Origin: Macrostomum lignano
Lineage: Eukaryota
NCBI GenBank assembly: GCA_002269645.1
Contig: NIVC01002120.1
Coordinates: forward strand, 139,788-203,787
Length of the DNA stretch: 64,000 nt
Reading direction: 5' to 3'
Shown here: positions 34,331-46,218 of the stretch, in pieces
Layout: every line of letters starts with the position of its first letter
How positions within the stretch are numbered: the first letter of the stretch is position 1
Program-made: the position numbers and the translations under genes
Notes under the pieces: generated by a model
Told to the model about the DNA's origin: nothing
Database searches by the model: none
Seen by the model: the letters and a program-made list of their open reading frames with translations, nothing else

Positions 34331-37300
34331 AGGAGATGAGACAGGAGACGGTAGAGAGGAGAGGGGAAAGATGAGAGATGAAAAAGGAGAGGGTAAGAGA
34401 GAAAATAGGAGTATGAGAAATGAGAGCAGAGAGAAGAGACGAGAGAGAAAAGAGAAGAGAGAGAGAGAGGGCAGGGTAGAGGAGAGGCGATAGATAAGCG
34501 AGTAGAGATGAGAGATGGGAGAGAAGAAGAGAGATAAGAGAGAATTGAGAGAAGACAGGAGAGAAGACGGGAGAGAGAGAAGCGAGAAGAGAAGAGAGAG
34601 AGGACTCAGGAGAGAGATGAGAAAAGAAATGAGAGAGCAAAGGGAAAAGATGAGAGAATAGAGATAAGAAAAAAGAGATAAGAGCGCAGAGAGGAGAGAT
34701 GAGAGATGGGAGGTGATTGATAAGAAAGTAAGAGTAGAGAGGAGAGAGGAGATGAGAGCAGAGAGAAGAGATTAGATAAAGGAGCAAAGAGGAGAGAGGA
34801 GACAGGAGAGAGTCTCAGTCTGGACCTGGCAGTCAATTTTTGCAAACAGGGAAAACATGCTATGATATTTGAGGTTTTATGGAGGATTTTTTTTAATTTT
34901 TTGACGTATATCCAGACAAGTAAAAAGCATATTTTATAGACTTCAGTTTCATAGTCTTGAGTGACTGAAATTTGATAGAGATAATATTTTTTTAAATGAT
35001 GGATTGTAGCTTGAAGGAGATGATACACGCTGGATTGCATTTAACGGAGATGATTTTGATGATATCTGTTTCATAGAGAGGATGAAATGGCTAAATGAAA
35101 GGGAATAGAGAAAAGAGAAAGGAAAGAGTGAATAAAATATTAGAGGAAAGAGAACATGAAAAGAGAGAATCAAAAGGGCAGATTAGAGAAAAGAAAAAGA
35201 GAATAAAGGCGAGAGAAGAGATGGGGGAATTGAGAGGAGAGAGGAGAGGGGGTAAGAGAGGAGAAAGAGGAGACAGGAGGGAGTAGAGCCAAAAGACGAG
35301 AGAGAAGAGATAAATGAGTAAAGATGAGGGGAGAGAGAGGAGAGAGAAGCGAGAGGATAAGGGAGAGAGGAGAGGGGAGAAAGTAGAAAGATGAGAGAGC
35401 AGAGAGGAGATAAAGGAAAGGAGAGTGAAGAGATAAAAGAGAAGAGAGGAAAAAGTAGAGGAGAAAGTAGTGAGGAGAAAGAAGAGAGTCTAGATATGAG
35501 AGTGCAGAAAGGAGAGATAAGAGAGTAGAGATGAGAGATAAGAGATGAGATGAGAAATGATTGATAAACGAGCAGATGAGAGCAGAGAGGAGATAGGAGA
35601 GATTAGAGATGAGAGAGCAAAGAGGAGAGAGGGACAGATGAGAGTCTCAATCTGGACAATGGCAGGCAGTCAATTTTTGCAAACAGGTAAAACAACATGA
35701 TTTTTGGGGGGTTAATAGAGGATTTGGAGAGGATTTGGACGATGGGATTCGTGTCATTGGATTCAGCTGATGGATTTCAGAAAATGAAATTCTGGCGATA
35801 GGAGTTCTTCCCCTTACTCCGCCAACGGAGGAGTTGGCCTCGTAAGAATATAGTAATATTGGGGTTCCTACAGCTATGGAATAGAAAATTGGAATAAGCC
35901 ATAGTTTTGCTTATGGCTAAGGCTATGGTTTGGTACATGGACTCTCCTTATGACAGAAAACTTCTAGGAATTTAAAAAATCTCCTTACATTAAAACTAAT
36001 AATATTAATTTATTCTTACTAGCCTATCTCCATTAAACAAATCAATAGTCAATAGGTCTAATGGTCTTTAAGTTTTAGTTGAGTAATATTAAATAGATGT
36101 AATCCTAAATATAGAAAATATATGTTCCTTCAATTCATTACCTATAGCAATAATAACAAACTATGCCTATAACAACCCTAGGTAAGCAATAATTTTAGGT
36201 TACTATAAAAATACTATAAAAAGGCAAGTATAGGCCTAGTTGACAAAATGTAGACTTCTAATACCCACCAAGCTGCCTACACTATAACTAGCAAACTAGA
36301 GGCCTATATTTATAAATAATTTTGTTTTGCCAAAAAAGCTTTGTAGGCCCATCTGTAGGGCCTAACTTTCTATAGCCATATCCACAGGCCACAGCTATAG
36401 TAGAACTCTAGTAGTAGATTTAGACAAAGGGTAGTGGGTAGGGCCTTACTTTTTTCTTTGAATTAAAGTTTTTTATCTTTTTATATTAATATAGCCAGTA
36501 TACTGGATAGTATAGGCCTAGCCCAAGTAATATATTATCAAATAAATTAGAATAAAAAACAAATATACCCTAACCTTACCTTTACCCTAGTAATAGGCCT
36601 ATTCTGCATCCCTCTGTCTGGCTTTGGCTCTATTCAATATTTTCTGGATCCTTGCCTATACTATAGTATAGTAGCCTAGGCTCTGACTATAATAATAATA
36701 ATAGTACATGTAGGTTGCCTATCTTAAATTTTCTAAATCAATGCTTGAATAGTTTATAAATTATAGCATAGGCCATTATTTTAAGTTTCAATTAATAATA
36801 GGCCTATAATATATTCTTAATAAAAATTATATTATTATATTAGACTATTAGTTTTGAATGACTACAAAACCAAATTCCGAAAGGGGATAGTTGTTTTCGA
36901 CCACTTGGCACTTGGTAAAAATACTATGCGCGTACAACTGTAATATACCATGATCCAATTAGGTCTAGGCCTCTTATCTAGGCATAGAACTAACGACGCT
37001 ATATATTACAGATAGGAATAAATATGATTATAACTACGCTCGTACAGCTAACTTAACTAGCATTAATAGATGAACTAAAAAAGTAAAAAACTAACGGTAG
37101 TACACAATTATGGATCGAACATTATCGATTGTGACATCAGATCAGTCACAGTGACCAGACGCACTTAAAGCCGCAACTGCGTCTAGAGTTCAAACTCTGC
37201 GCATAGAAAATGATTGAGTCACGATAGCTCATTCTATACTCCCATTTAAGGCCTGTCGTCGTCTCTTAGTAGCATAGCCAGCCAATCAGCGAAACCGAAA

Positions 37301-37350
37301 CCGACAGTGCTTATAGCTAATTTTAGATAAGATTAGATTTGATCATTACT

Positions 37351-40118
37351 GGGTCTGTATAAAAGCAGGGCACCATTGGCACATTGGACACCCCTTATGT
37401 TAACAAAAATCGAGTTTTGATCGTTGTTTTGCTTGAATAAATATACTTTGGCTTTCGAATAAAAATGTAAATATTTATTTATAATTGCACTTTTTCATAT
37501 ACTTCTAACAACCATGAGATTGGTAGTATCAACAAGTTTTATTCTACATTTAAATTCATTTCTTATCTTGCTTTATTGTCGAACTACTTTCGGTACGTCA
37601 TTTTCATTTACCTAGTTGGTGCACTTACAGAAAACATAGAAACATTAAATGCCATTTCTTGTCCTCAATAAACGTTGGAAAAAGTGAGCAGCAGACTAGT
37701 TGCAGAATTTTATTGCCGGACATGGCATATTTGACTATTTGCAGCTGCTCTGGCTTGTTTACTGCCTTTCCATAAATCAACAGCAATGGTGAAAGTGAAT
37801 CTAATCCTTCTCTCTCTCTCTCTCCCATAATGTTAATGTTTGATTTGCTGTTAATATGGATTTTTAAAATCCCCCGTGTCTTAAATAAAAAAACGAATAA
37901 TTTTTTAAGTTGTGATTTCCATCAAAATGCAATTAATTAATGTTTTAAAAACATTTAAACTCAATAAATTATTTATTCTCTTATCAAATAGAATCCAACT
38001 CTAGAATCTTTTTCAAGGAAGGAATACTAACTATCCTTAATATTCAATATGCATGATAATAAAGCAGTGCATTACTTTTTCAATTTAGAGAATCTAACAA
38101 GGAAATAAATATAATTTAGTACAGTACCATTGTAAGCAAAAAACCATAAGTTTACAGGTACAATTTTTTGTAAAGATAGATACAGCGGAAAATTAAAATT
38201 TGACAAAAGAATACCACAAACACTAAAAATGGGGAGAAAAAGTATTACAAACATTGGCATTAATAAAAAGTAATAAATATTGCAGCCGAGCAAATGAAAT
38301 TAGCAATTAAACAATGCAATGAGTTAAATGATAAATAACAAAGAAATGCTAAATAACATCTAGCAATGTATATTAAAGCAATTGAAGTGCACTCTGAGTT
38401 GAAAGGCTTACAACTCATAAAGTACAGTTTAAATGCAATGTAACTTTTTATTTATTTGTAACTTTATAACAATAGAAATCATTACCATAAGCAATTGTAT
38501 GAAAAGTTGCTTTTAATAGTCTTATGTACTTTATCTCTACTCTAAGAGCTAACTTTCTATAAATATATATGATTCCTTGTATAAAATTAGGGATTCTTTA
38601 AAAAATTCATGCTGCGATATGCAGATATCACACTCTTGACCCAAGAAAATTATTGAAAGTGGTCAACCAATTAGCACAAAAAAATTATAGACAGGGCTGT
38701 AATGGTGCAAGTGGTGTTTCGGCACACCACTTAAATTAAAGTTGAAATTTTTGGAGCAGTTACACTAAAGAAAATTATTATTTTATAAAATTAAGAGAGG
38801 CTAATAAAATTAGTAGGGCTTGAATTGAATAATATGCTGTGAAGACTCAAACTTGTAAGCCAAGAAGGCTAGAATTAGGGTTAGCAATTAGGCAATTAGG
38901 CGAACTATAGATATTAAGGAATGTGTAGGTATTAAATACATAAATCATGCAGGTGCTAATAGTAGCTTAAAACCTATCACTTGGTCCCTTAGAACACCAT
39001 AATTTTAGACATTAGAATTAAAAAATCGTGTTTTAATGATTGGGAACTTGTTCTTATTGGAAAACTTCTCATAAACATAGAAATATTAATATAAACAATA
39101 CTAATAAATTTGCCTATTAAAACTTTGTGTCATTTGTAGGATTTTAGAAGAAGGAAGTATACCCTGCAACATACGTGCAGAATATTTAATGTGCTAAAGG
39201 ATTTAGGTCTGAAATAAATGACAATTAATGTTATGTGAAGATGGTTTATATGTTGTTTATTCAAAGCGTCACATATAACTTTTCAGTAAAAAGACTTCTT
39301 GGTCTGTAGGGTAGATTTTTTACTTATATGCTTGCATTTTTTAACTCATAATTTAAATGATTAGCACAATTTCTTAAATATCATGACTTGGCAAATTATT
39401 CATAATAATAAAGGTTTTCTTAAAAGGATTGTATATAAAGAAGAGACTGTAATTTGAACTTTCACTGAGTAGCTATTCCTTTTTTGTTGGTTGAAATCAT
39501 ACAAAAAGTAATTGAACTAATAAAAGAAGAAGCTTGGAAATTATTAATATTTTCATCATCTTTCAAAGTAAAAAAAACTTTTTGGGTGCAATTTTTTCAT
39601 CAAATAATCTGCCAATGTATTAACTATTTTATTATAGAAATACTTGCAATTTGGAATATCCAAAGTTCGTTCTTCATGAAGTAATCCTAACAAAATAAGT
39701 TGTGGTTTTTTGATAAGAGCAGAATGCTTCATCATTTTATGGAGAATTGAGTTCTGACTATTAGTTTGATCATTTCATATATCAGGCATATTTAGCATTA
39801 AATCGGTACGCCTGTAGTACAGAACCTTCGGGTAGTAAAATCACAGAGTAATAGCATTGCAAGCTGTACAGTTTTTGCATGTGCGATTATTTTAAAAAAT
39901 CGAATGCCAAATTAAACATGTACAAAAAACGATAATACAAAGAATATTTAACAAATCATTTATCACAAAAGCAAGGATGTCATTTCTATTATTATCATTT
40001 TTTTTTAATTTTTTAAAAGTAGCTCTGCAAGTTTATTTTGCATTTTCATATCTAATTTTGTTATAAAAAGGGGTGTCCAATGTGTCCAATGTGCCAGTGC
40101 CAGCTTTTATACACACCC
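37351..40118. mobile_element. Non-autonomous Mutator-like DNA transposon
   Basis: About 60-bp imperfect TIRs starting GGG (GGGTCTGTATAAAAGC...CATTGGCACATTGGACACCCCTT), perfect 9-bp TSD ATCATTACT at 37342-37350 and 40119-40127, AT-rich non-coding interior. Confidence 0.82.
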
Positions 40119-42029
40119 ATCATTACTAAGGTCCGGAAGAAACTGGTAATTTAAAACAAAAATACGCGATTATCTAGACAATTTAAGACTAGAAACAAGA
40201 AGAAAAGAATTTTTTTAAAAGCTGTATTTTAATAGGCAATAAGTTTGTTTCGGTGTCAATTTATGCGATTGCCCGCCAGCGCGTACCTGCGTAGCCGATC
40301 GACTTCAGCTCCATTCTAAACTTAGATCTCACCATAGATCTTATCTTAAAATAGATCTTTGAGTCTCGATAATTTTTCGACCATCTTGTTAATTGTTCTT
40401 GGTATTTCGTTGTGTAACGTGACTGAGTGTTAAAAAACTCGCAAAATTTCACTTTAATTCACAAATCCTAGATTCGGAAACCGAGATTTTGTTCCTAAGT
40501 TAGAATTTTTCTAAAAAATAATAGTTAGAATTCAATAGCTGCGTCACAGTAGATTTTCTTTTTAAATCGATCGTTAAATCAAATTATACGGCATGTACTC
40601 GTACGCTCGTAGCAAGATTCTCTCCGATTTTGATCCAACCGATCGATACTCATATGACAACTGTTGTAGGCTGCGTTCTTGATTGTACATGTATTGCTTT
40701 GCTTGCTTGTATTAATTCAACTCGAAAATAGTGGGAGACTAATCAGATATACGAAAATTGATCTAATCGAATGAAGAATCGATAGCAAAGGCACTCATGG
40801 GCAGCGGCAGCTGGTCAGCTAGATGGGTCACAGCGGAGAGTGCAAATTCTCGGTATAAAAAATTATGCAAATAAGATGCACATAATTTGAGGCTCCAAAT
40901 TCTAAAAAATGTGCATTAAAAATGAGGAAAGTAAAGTAACGCAGACAGGACTGACTACTCATAGGCCATGTTCAGGCCATTCTGGCACGGTAATCGCAAT
41001 AAAACAGCACAATTCTGCACAATTTGTATAATTAAATTTTAACACAGGGTTTAAAAAACTAAGCTCACACGAGACACCAAGGAAAGAGCAGCTGCAAGTT
41101 TCGATTCTGAAACAGCATTGCATTTTTCATAAATATTTCATCAAAATAATTATAAAGCGACAGCAGACAGCACAACTGGAAAAAAGATAAACACTCAAGG
41201 AGTAGGGGAGATCAGGACATCAGAGAGTTCAGGGAATGAGAATCATCACGGGATGAGGAGGCTCGGGAGAGATGAGGAGAGGATCAGGGGAGGATCAAAG
41301 GGAGAATGAGGGGAGGGAGGACGAGAAGGCGATTAGGGAGGGAGGAGGGTCAGGGGAGGATAAGGAGGGGTCAGGGGAGGATAAGGAGGGATCAGGGGAG
41401 GATAAGGAGGGATCAGGGGAGGATAAGGAGGGATCAGGGGAGGATAAGGAGGGATCAGGGGAGGATCAGGGGAGGATCAGGGGAGGATCAGGGGAGGATC
41501 AGGGGAGAATCAGGAGAGGATCAGGGGAGGATCAGGAGGGATCAGGGGAGGATCAGGGGAGGATCAGGGGAGAATCAGGGGAGGATCAGGGGAGAATCAG
41601 GAGAGGATCAGGGGAGGATCAGGAGGGATAAGGGGAGGATCAGGGAGGATCAGAGGAGGATCAGGAGGGATCAGGGGAGAATAAGGGGAGGATCAGGAGA
41701 GGATCAGGAGAGGGAGGATCAGGGGAGGATCAGGGGAGGATCAGGAGAGGATCAGAGCAGGATCAGGAGAGGATCAAGAGAGGGAGAATCAGGGGAGGAT
41801 CAGGAGAGGATCAGAGCAGGATCAGGAGAGGATCAAGAGAGGGAGAATCAGGGGAGGATCAGGAGAGGATCAGGAGAGGATCAGAGCAGGATCAGGAGAG
41901 GATCAGGAGAGGATCAGAGCAGGATCAGGAGAGGATCAGGAGAGGATTAGAGCAGGATCAGGAGAGGATCAGGGGAGGATCAGAGCAGGATCAGAGCAGG
42001 ATCATAGTAAGACAAAACTCAATACTACT

Positions 42030-42067
42030 TGCGACGCGTTTCGGCCAAAACCAGCCATCTTCAGGCA
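42030..42067 (-). ncRNA. Minimal hammerhead ribozyme motif, left arm of a palindrome
   Basis: Reverse complement reads TGC-CTGAAGA-T-GGC-tggttttg-GCC-GAAAC-GC-GTC-GCA. Confidence 0.72.
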
Positions 42068-42104
42068 CTATCGAACAGAATTTATTTCAACCTATTAACG
42101 ATAG

Positions 42105-42142
42105 TGCCTGAAGATGGCCAGTTTCAGCCGAAACGCGTCGCA
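42105..42142 (+). ncRNA. Minimal hammerhead ribozyme motif, right arm of a palindrome
   Basis: TGC-CTGAAGA-T-GGC-cagtttca-GCC-GAAAC-GC-GTC-GCA, with palindromic ACGCGT stem III and a GUC site at 42139. Confidence 0.72.
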
Positions 42143-43634
42143 AACAATATTGAGTTTTGTCTTACTATTATCTGTTAAGAGTGCTTCTCTACCGCAAGAG
42201 CAGGATCAGGAGAGGATCAGGAGAGGATTAGAGCAGGATCAGGGAAGGATCAGGGGAGGATCAGGAGAGGATCAGAGCAGGATCAGGAGAGGATCAGGAG
42301 AGGATCAGGAGAGGGAGGATCAGGGGAGGATCAGGAGAGGATCAGAGCAGGATCAGGGAAGGATCAGGGGGGATCAGGAGAGGATCAGAGCAGGATCAGG
42401 AGAGGATCAGAGCAGGATCAGGAGAGGATCAGGGGAGGATCAGGAGACGATCAGGAGAGGATCAGAGCAGGATCAGGGGAGGATCAGGGGAGGATCAGGA
42501 GAGGATCAGGAGAGGATCAGGAGAGGGAGAATCAGGGGAGGATCAGGAGAGGATCAGAGCAGGATCAGGGGAGGATCAGGGGAGGATCAGGGGAGGATCA
42601 GGAGACGATCAGGAGAGGATCAGAGCAGGATCAGGGGAGGATCAGGGGAGGATCAGGAGAGGATCAGGAGAGGATCAGAGCAGGATCAGGAGAGGATCAG
42701 GAGAGGATTAGAGCAGAATCAGGAGAGGATCAGGGGAGGATCAGGAGAGGATCAGGAGAGGGAGAATCAGGGGAGGATCAGGAGAGGATCAGAGCAGGAT
42801 CAGGGGAGGATCAGAGCAGGATCAGGGGAGGATCAGGGGAGGATCAGGGGAGGATCAGGAGAGGATCAGAGCAGGATCAGGAGACGATCAGGAGAGGATC
42901 AGAGCAGGATCAGGGGAGGATCAGGGGAGGATCAGGAGAGGGAGGATCAGGGCAGGGAGATTCAAGGGAGAGAAGATCAGAGTGGTCCCACATGCGGGCA
43001 GCGATAACCAAGGAAATGCAACAATTGTAGACAAAGACTGCACAACAGAAAAGGGCGCAAATGTGCTGCCACAGATGGACACACACAGGACACAGACAAG
43101 GGGAGGCGGCCACTAAGCGGGGTCACAAAAGCGGAGACTGGCATCAAAGTCAACAACACAGAAGACAGCAGGCGGACACACAAAATCAGATGGCTTGCGT
43201 TCAGATTCTATTGGTAAAGAATAATCAACCAGCAGGCATGGAATTTGCAATCCGTGATACCGAATAATACAAGTGGGAAAATAAAAAGTGCATAATAACT
43301 GCAGGAAAGTATCTGAGCTGCTGAGCATTAATCTGATTGGCTTGCTTGAACGGCGGCACACAAAAAAAGCGTACGGACTTGACGGAAGCCACGACAGCCA
43401 ATCAGAGACACTTTGCACATTTTTTATCGATTGCACAGTAGACTGCATTACACTACTGAATAGTAAGCACGTAAGTAGGCGATCGGGGGGTTTGATTGCA
43501 AAATATAAACGGCATAAAAAATGGAATTAAGAGGGAGGAGTTTATTAGCAGAGAACCAATCAAGACTGACACCAGCAGAAATTGATAAAACTAATTTTTA
43601 CACGCCGAACCCCCTTCCCCCAGCAACCGCCAAG

Positions 43635-45445
43635 TCAGCGCTGGTTCGGATCGAACTGCAGCAGCCTCACAATGCTCGGATCCGACTTGGCGCCCTCGAT
43701 AAATTCCTCCATCGACAGCCGGCCGTCCAAGTCTTTGTCCATTTGGCGAAATATTTTATCCGTCCGCTTCTCTGGGGTCGCCTCGTCCTCCGGCATGCGC
43801 ATCACCATGCCAACCATGCTGTAGATGGCCTGCGGGCGGCGGCGGTGACTGTCCAGTTGCAGTTTTTTCTTGCAAAATGCGTTTACTCTACTGTCTTTCG
43901 GGCATATGAATGCGCATGGCTATCTAAATTTCTATGCCTCGTCATTAATTTTTTCTTGCAAAATGCGTTTACTCTACTGTCTTTTGGGCATATGAATGCC
44001 CATTTTGCTATCTAAATTTTTATGCCTCATCAGAATTTTTATTTCAAAAAAAAACATAAATGCAAGTTGGATTGACTCGATCGTAATGCAATCTGGTTGG
44101 TGGCTCAGCAACGGCAGACATGAGCACGGATCACACAAGATTGGCGTCATTCGTAGTGCCATGATTAAGTGGTGCGGCAAGGATGTTTCGTTCGGGAGGT
44201 GGCCCTGGGGTTGTCGTGAAATTCACAGCCATGAGGGTTAACTCCAAGACACAGGGTGTAAATGCCTGACAATTAGAAAGTCGGGGCCGCTGTACACCCT
44301 GAATGAGCGACGAGCATGTGTACGAGTGCGTGCCTGCATACAGTATCCGCCCAGGATGGGCAGAAGTCATGTCCTGCTGCTGGAACGTTAAAACAAAACG
44401 CAATGCCACTCAAAATGCCTGTGTCGGACCTGTAATGAGGCGCTGAGTACCGCGGAACCTGCCGGATCAATAAGGGTTCAAGAGGTCCTGTATTTGCCTC
44501 CTGGGAGAGAATTATCGATTTCCGCAGAGATTTCCCCTGTGTCTTCGCATTTTGCCCCGGCCGTACCGGCACCCAGCGCCCGCTCGCTCTGGGTTCCGCC
44601 GAGACCGCCCCCGGTTCCCTTGCCGGGTGACTCCATTAATCCCGGGAGTTGGAAAACAGAATAACAGCCGGCCCAGACAACCAGCTGTGACAAGCAATGC
44701 TAGCACAGGCCAGCAACTGCACTGATTCCGCACCTGAAAACTCTGCAATTGCAGCTCATAGGCGCCCCGCTCCATTGTCCCTTTGATTGGCGAAATCAAT
44801 AAAATGAGCGGAGCGCACGATAATATTATTGTGTGGAATTTCTTCAGTCAGTAAGTCTACCCATGCTCTAGATAAATAAGTTTATTATGTACTCCTGCAC
44901 AATCTTCAGCACCCTCTGCACAATCTCCAGCACCCTCTGCACAATTTCCAGCACCCTCTGCAAATTTCCAGCACCCTCTGCACAATCTCCAGCACCCTCC
45001 GCACAATCTCCAGCACCCTAGAGCACTCACCCTTCACATAATATCCAGTATCCTGCAGCGACTCACCCTCACAATCTCCAGCATCTCCTCCCTGCTGATG
45101 AAGCCGTCTCCATCCAGGTCGTACATGGAGAAGGCCCAGGACAGTTTCTGCTCCAGACGGCCCCTGGAGGTGACGCTGAGAGCGCAGATGAACTCGCGGA
45201 AGTCGATGCGGTCGTTGCCGTCCCGGTCGAAGGTGCGGAACACGTGGTCAGCAAACTTGGAGGCGTCTCCATAGGGAAAGAAGTTGGCGTAGATCTTCTG
45301 GAACTCGGGCCTGCTCAGCTCGCCATTCGGGCAGTCTTTGATGAAGCCGCCGGTACCAGTCCTGCAGCTCCTCCTCGGTGAACTGCGTCTGCTCCACGAG
45401 GTCGTGCAGCTGCTCTGGACTCAGCTTTGAGGATTTCGATCCCAT
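43635..45445 (-). CDS. Nca: Neurocalcin/hippocalcin-like neuronal calcium sensor (N-myristoylation motif, EF-hands)
   Basis: Exon 1 45445-45067 ([42 protein letters not shown]) with one extra base near 45350. Donor AGG|GTGAGT, acceptor ccgcag|GCC ATC TAC. Exon 2 43829-43635 ([20 protein letters not shown]...[12 protein letters not shown]). Confidence 0.93.
44896..45019. repeat. 21-bp minisatellite (about 6 units) copied from the end of calcium-sensor exon 1
   Basis: Sense unit AGAGGGTGCTGGAGATTGTGC shares 14 nt, TGCTGGAGATTGTG, with the exon end. Confidence 0.9.
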
Positions 45446-45983
45446 ATCTACTGACCAGCTGGCGAGGTCTGGGCAGACGAAGAGGAAGCAGTTCTAGCAG
45501 AACTTTGCTATGGGGATTTGGAAAGCTGGATTAAGAGGGCCATGGAAAGGGGAGAAGGGAGCGGGGGCTCGAGGCCAAAGCCTGGCTGCTTCTGATTGGC
45601 TGGCCGCATGAAGAAAAGAGAGATTAGCAACTGGCTGAGAATTGTTTTTCTATTTCAGTATTGAGTAAACTATTAGCACAAAGCAGAATACAACTGGCAA
45701 TTAATTGAAAGAAAAGCACCAATCCATGCTAATTCATTCTATTAAAGCCCACTGAACATGTGTGGCAGAAAGTGCTATTTATTTTAATCTTGCCTACGCT
45801 CATTTATTTTCTCCACTACGCTCATATCACTTTCAGTGTGATTTTGTTTCTAGCTTGGAGTGATTTTGCTAGCTCTACCTTTTTCATTTCACAGCCGCTA
45901 CAACAGCACAGCGACGGTAAAGATCAACCCTAAATTGACTCTAATTCAACTACATGGCGCCCAAATGGAGACAGGCACAGCTG

Positions 45984-46218
45984 CTCAAGGCTAGAGAAGA
46001 GTCTGCCGAGCAGCTACAAGCAGTTGCTCAAGGCTAGAGAAGAGTCTGCCGAGCAGCTCAAAGCAGTTACTCAAGGCTAGAGAAGAGTCTGCCGAGCAGC
46101 TCAAAGCAGTTACTCAAGGCTAGAGAAGAGTCTGCCGAGCAGCTCAAAGCAGTTACTCAAGGCTAGAGAAGAGTCTGCCGAGCAGCTCAAAGCAGTTACT
46201 CAAGGCTAGAGAAGAGTC
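45984..46218. repeat. 43-bp tandem repeat (about 5.5 units)
   Basis: CTCAAGGCTAGAGAAGAG at 45984, 46027, 46070, 46113, 46156 and 46199. Confidence 0.95.

Larger units (their letters stand above)
30257..34332 (-). mobile_element. Penelope-like retroelement (Neptune-like), 5'-truncated
   Basis: RT plus C-terminal GIY-YIG, Cys-rich RT-EN linker, upstream SGNH-like ORF, about 700-nt 3' region with a hammerhead motif, and flanking 127-bp direct repeats. Confidence 0.9.
41330..42960. repeat. About 11-12-bp satellite (GGATCAGGAGA/GGATCAGGGGA)n, interrupted at 42004-42196
   Basis: Direct reading. Confidence 0.95.

Noticed and set aside
43521-44015. 164-aa plus-strand ORF and other GC-rich antisense ORFs over exons (e.g. 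16942-17991, 13807-14421)
   Set aside because: These are shadow ORFs of high-GC coding sequence on the opposite strand, with no recognisable motifs.
45950-45970. TGGCGCCC as a primer-binding site for the BEL remnant
   Set aside because: Only 8 nt match, and no adjacent LTR end or paired LTR was identified.
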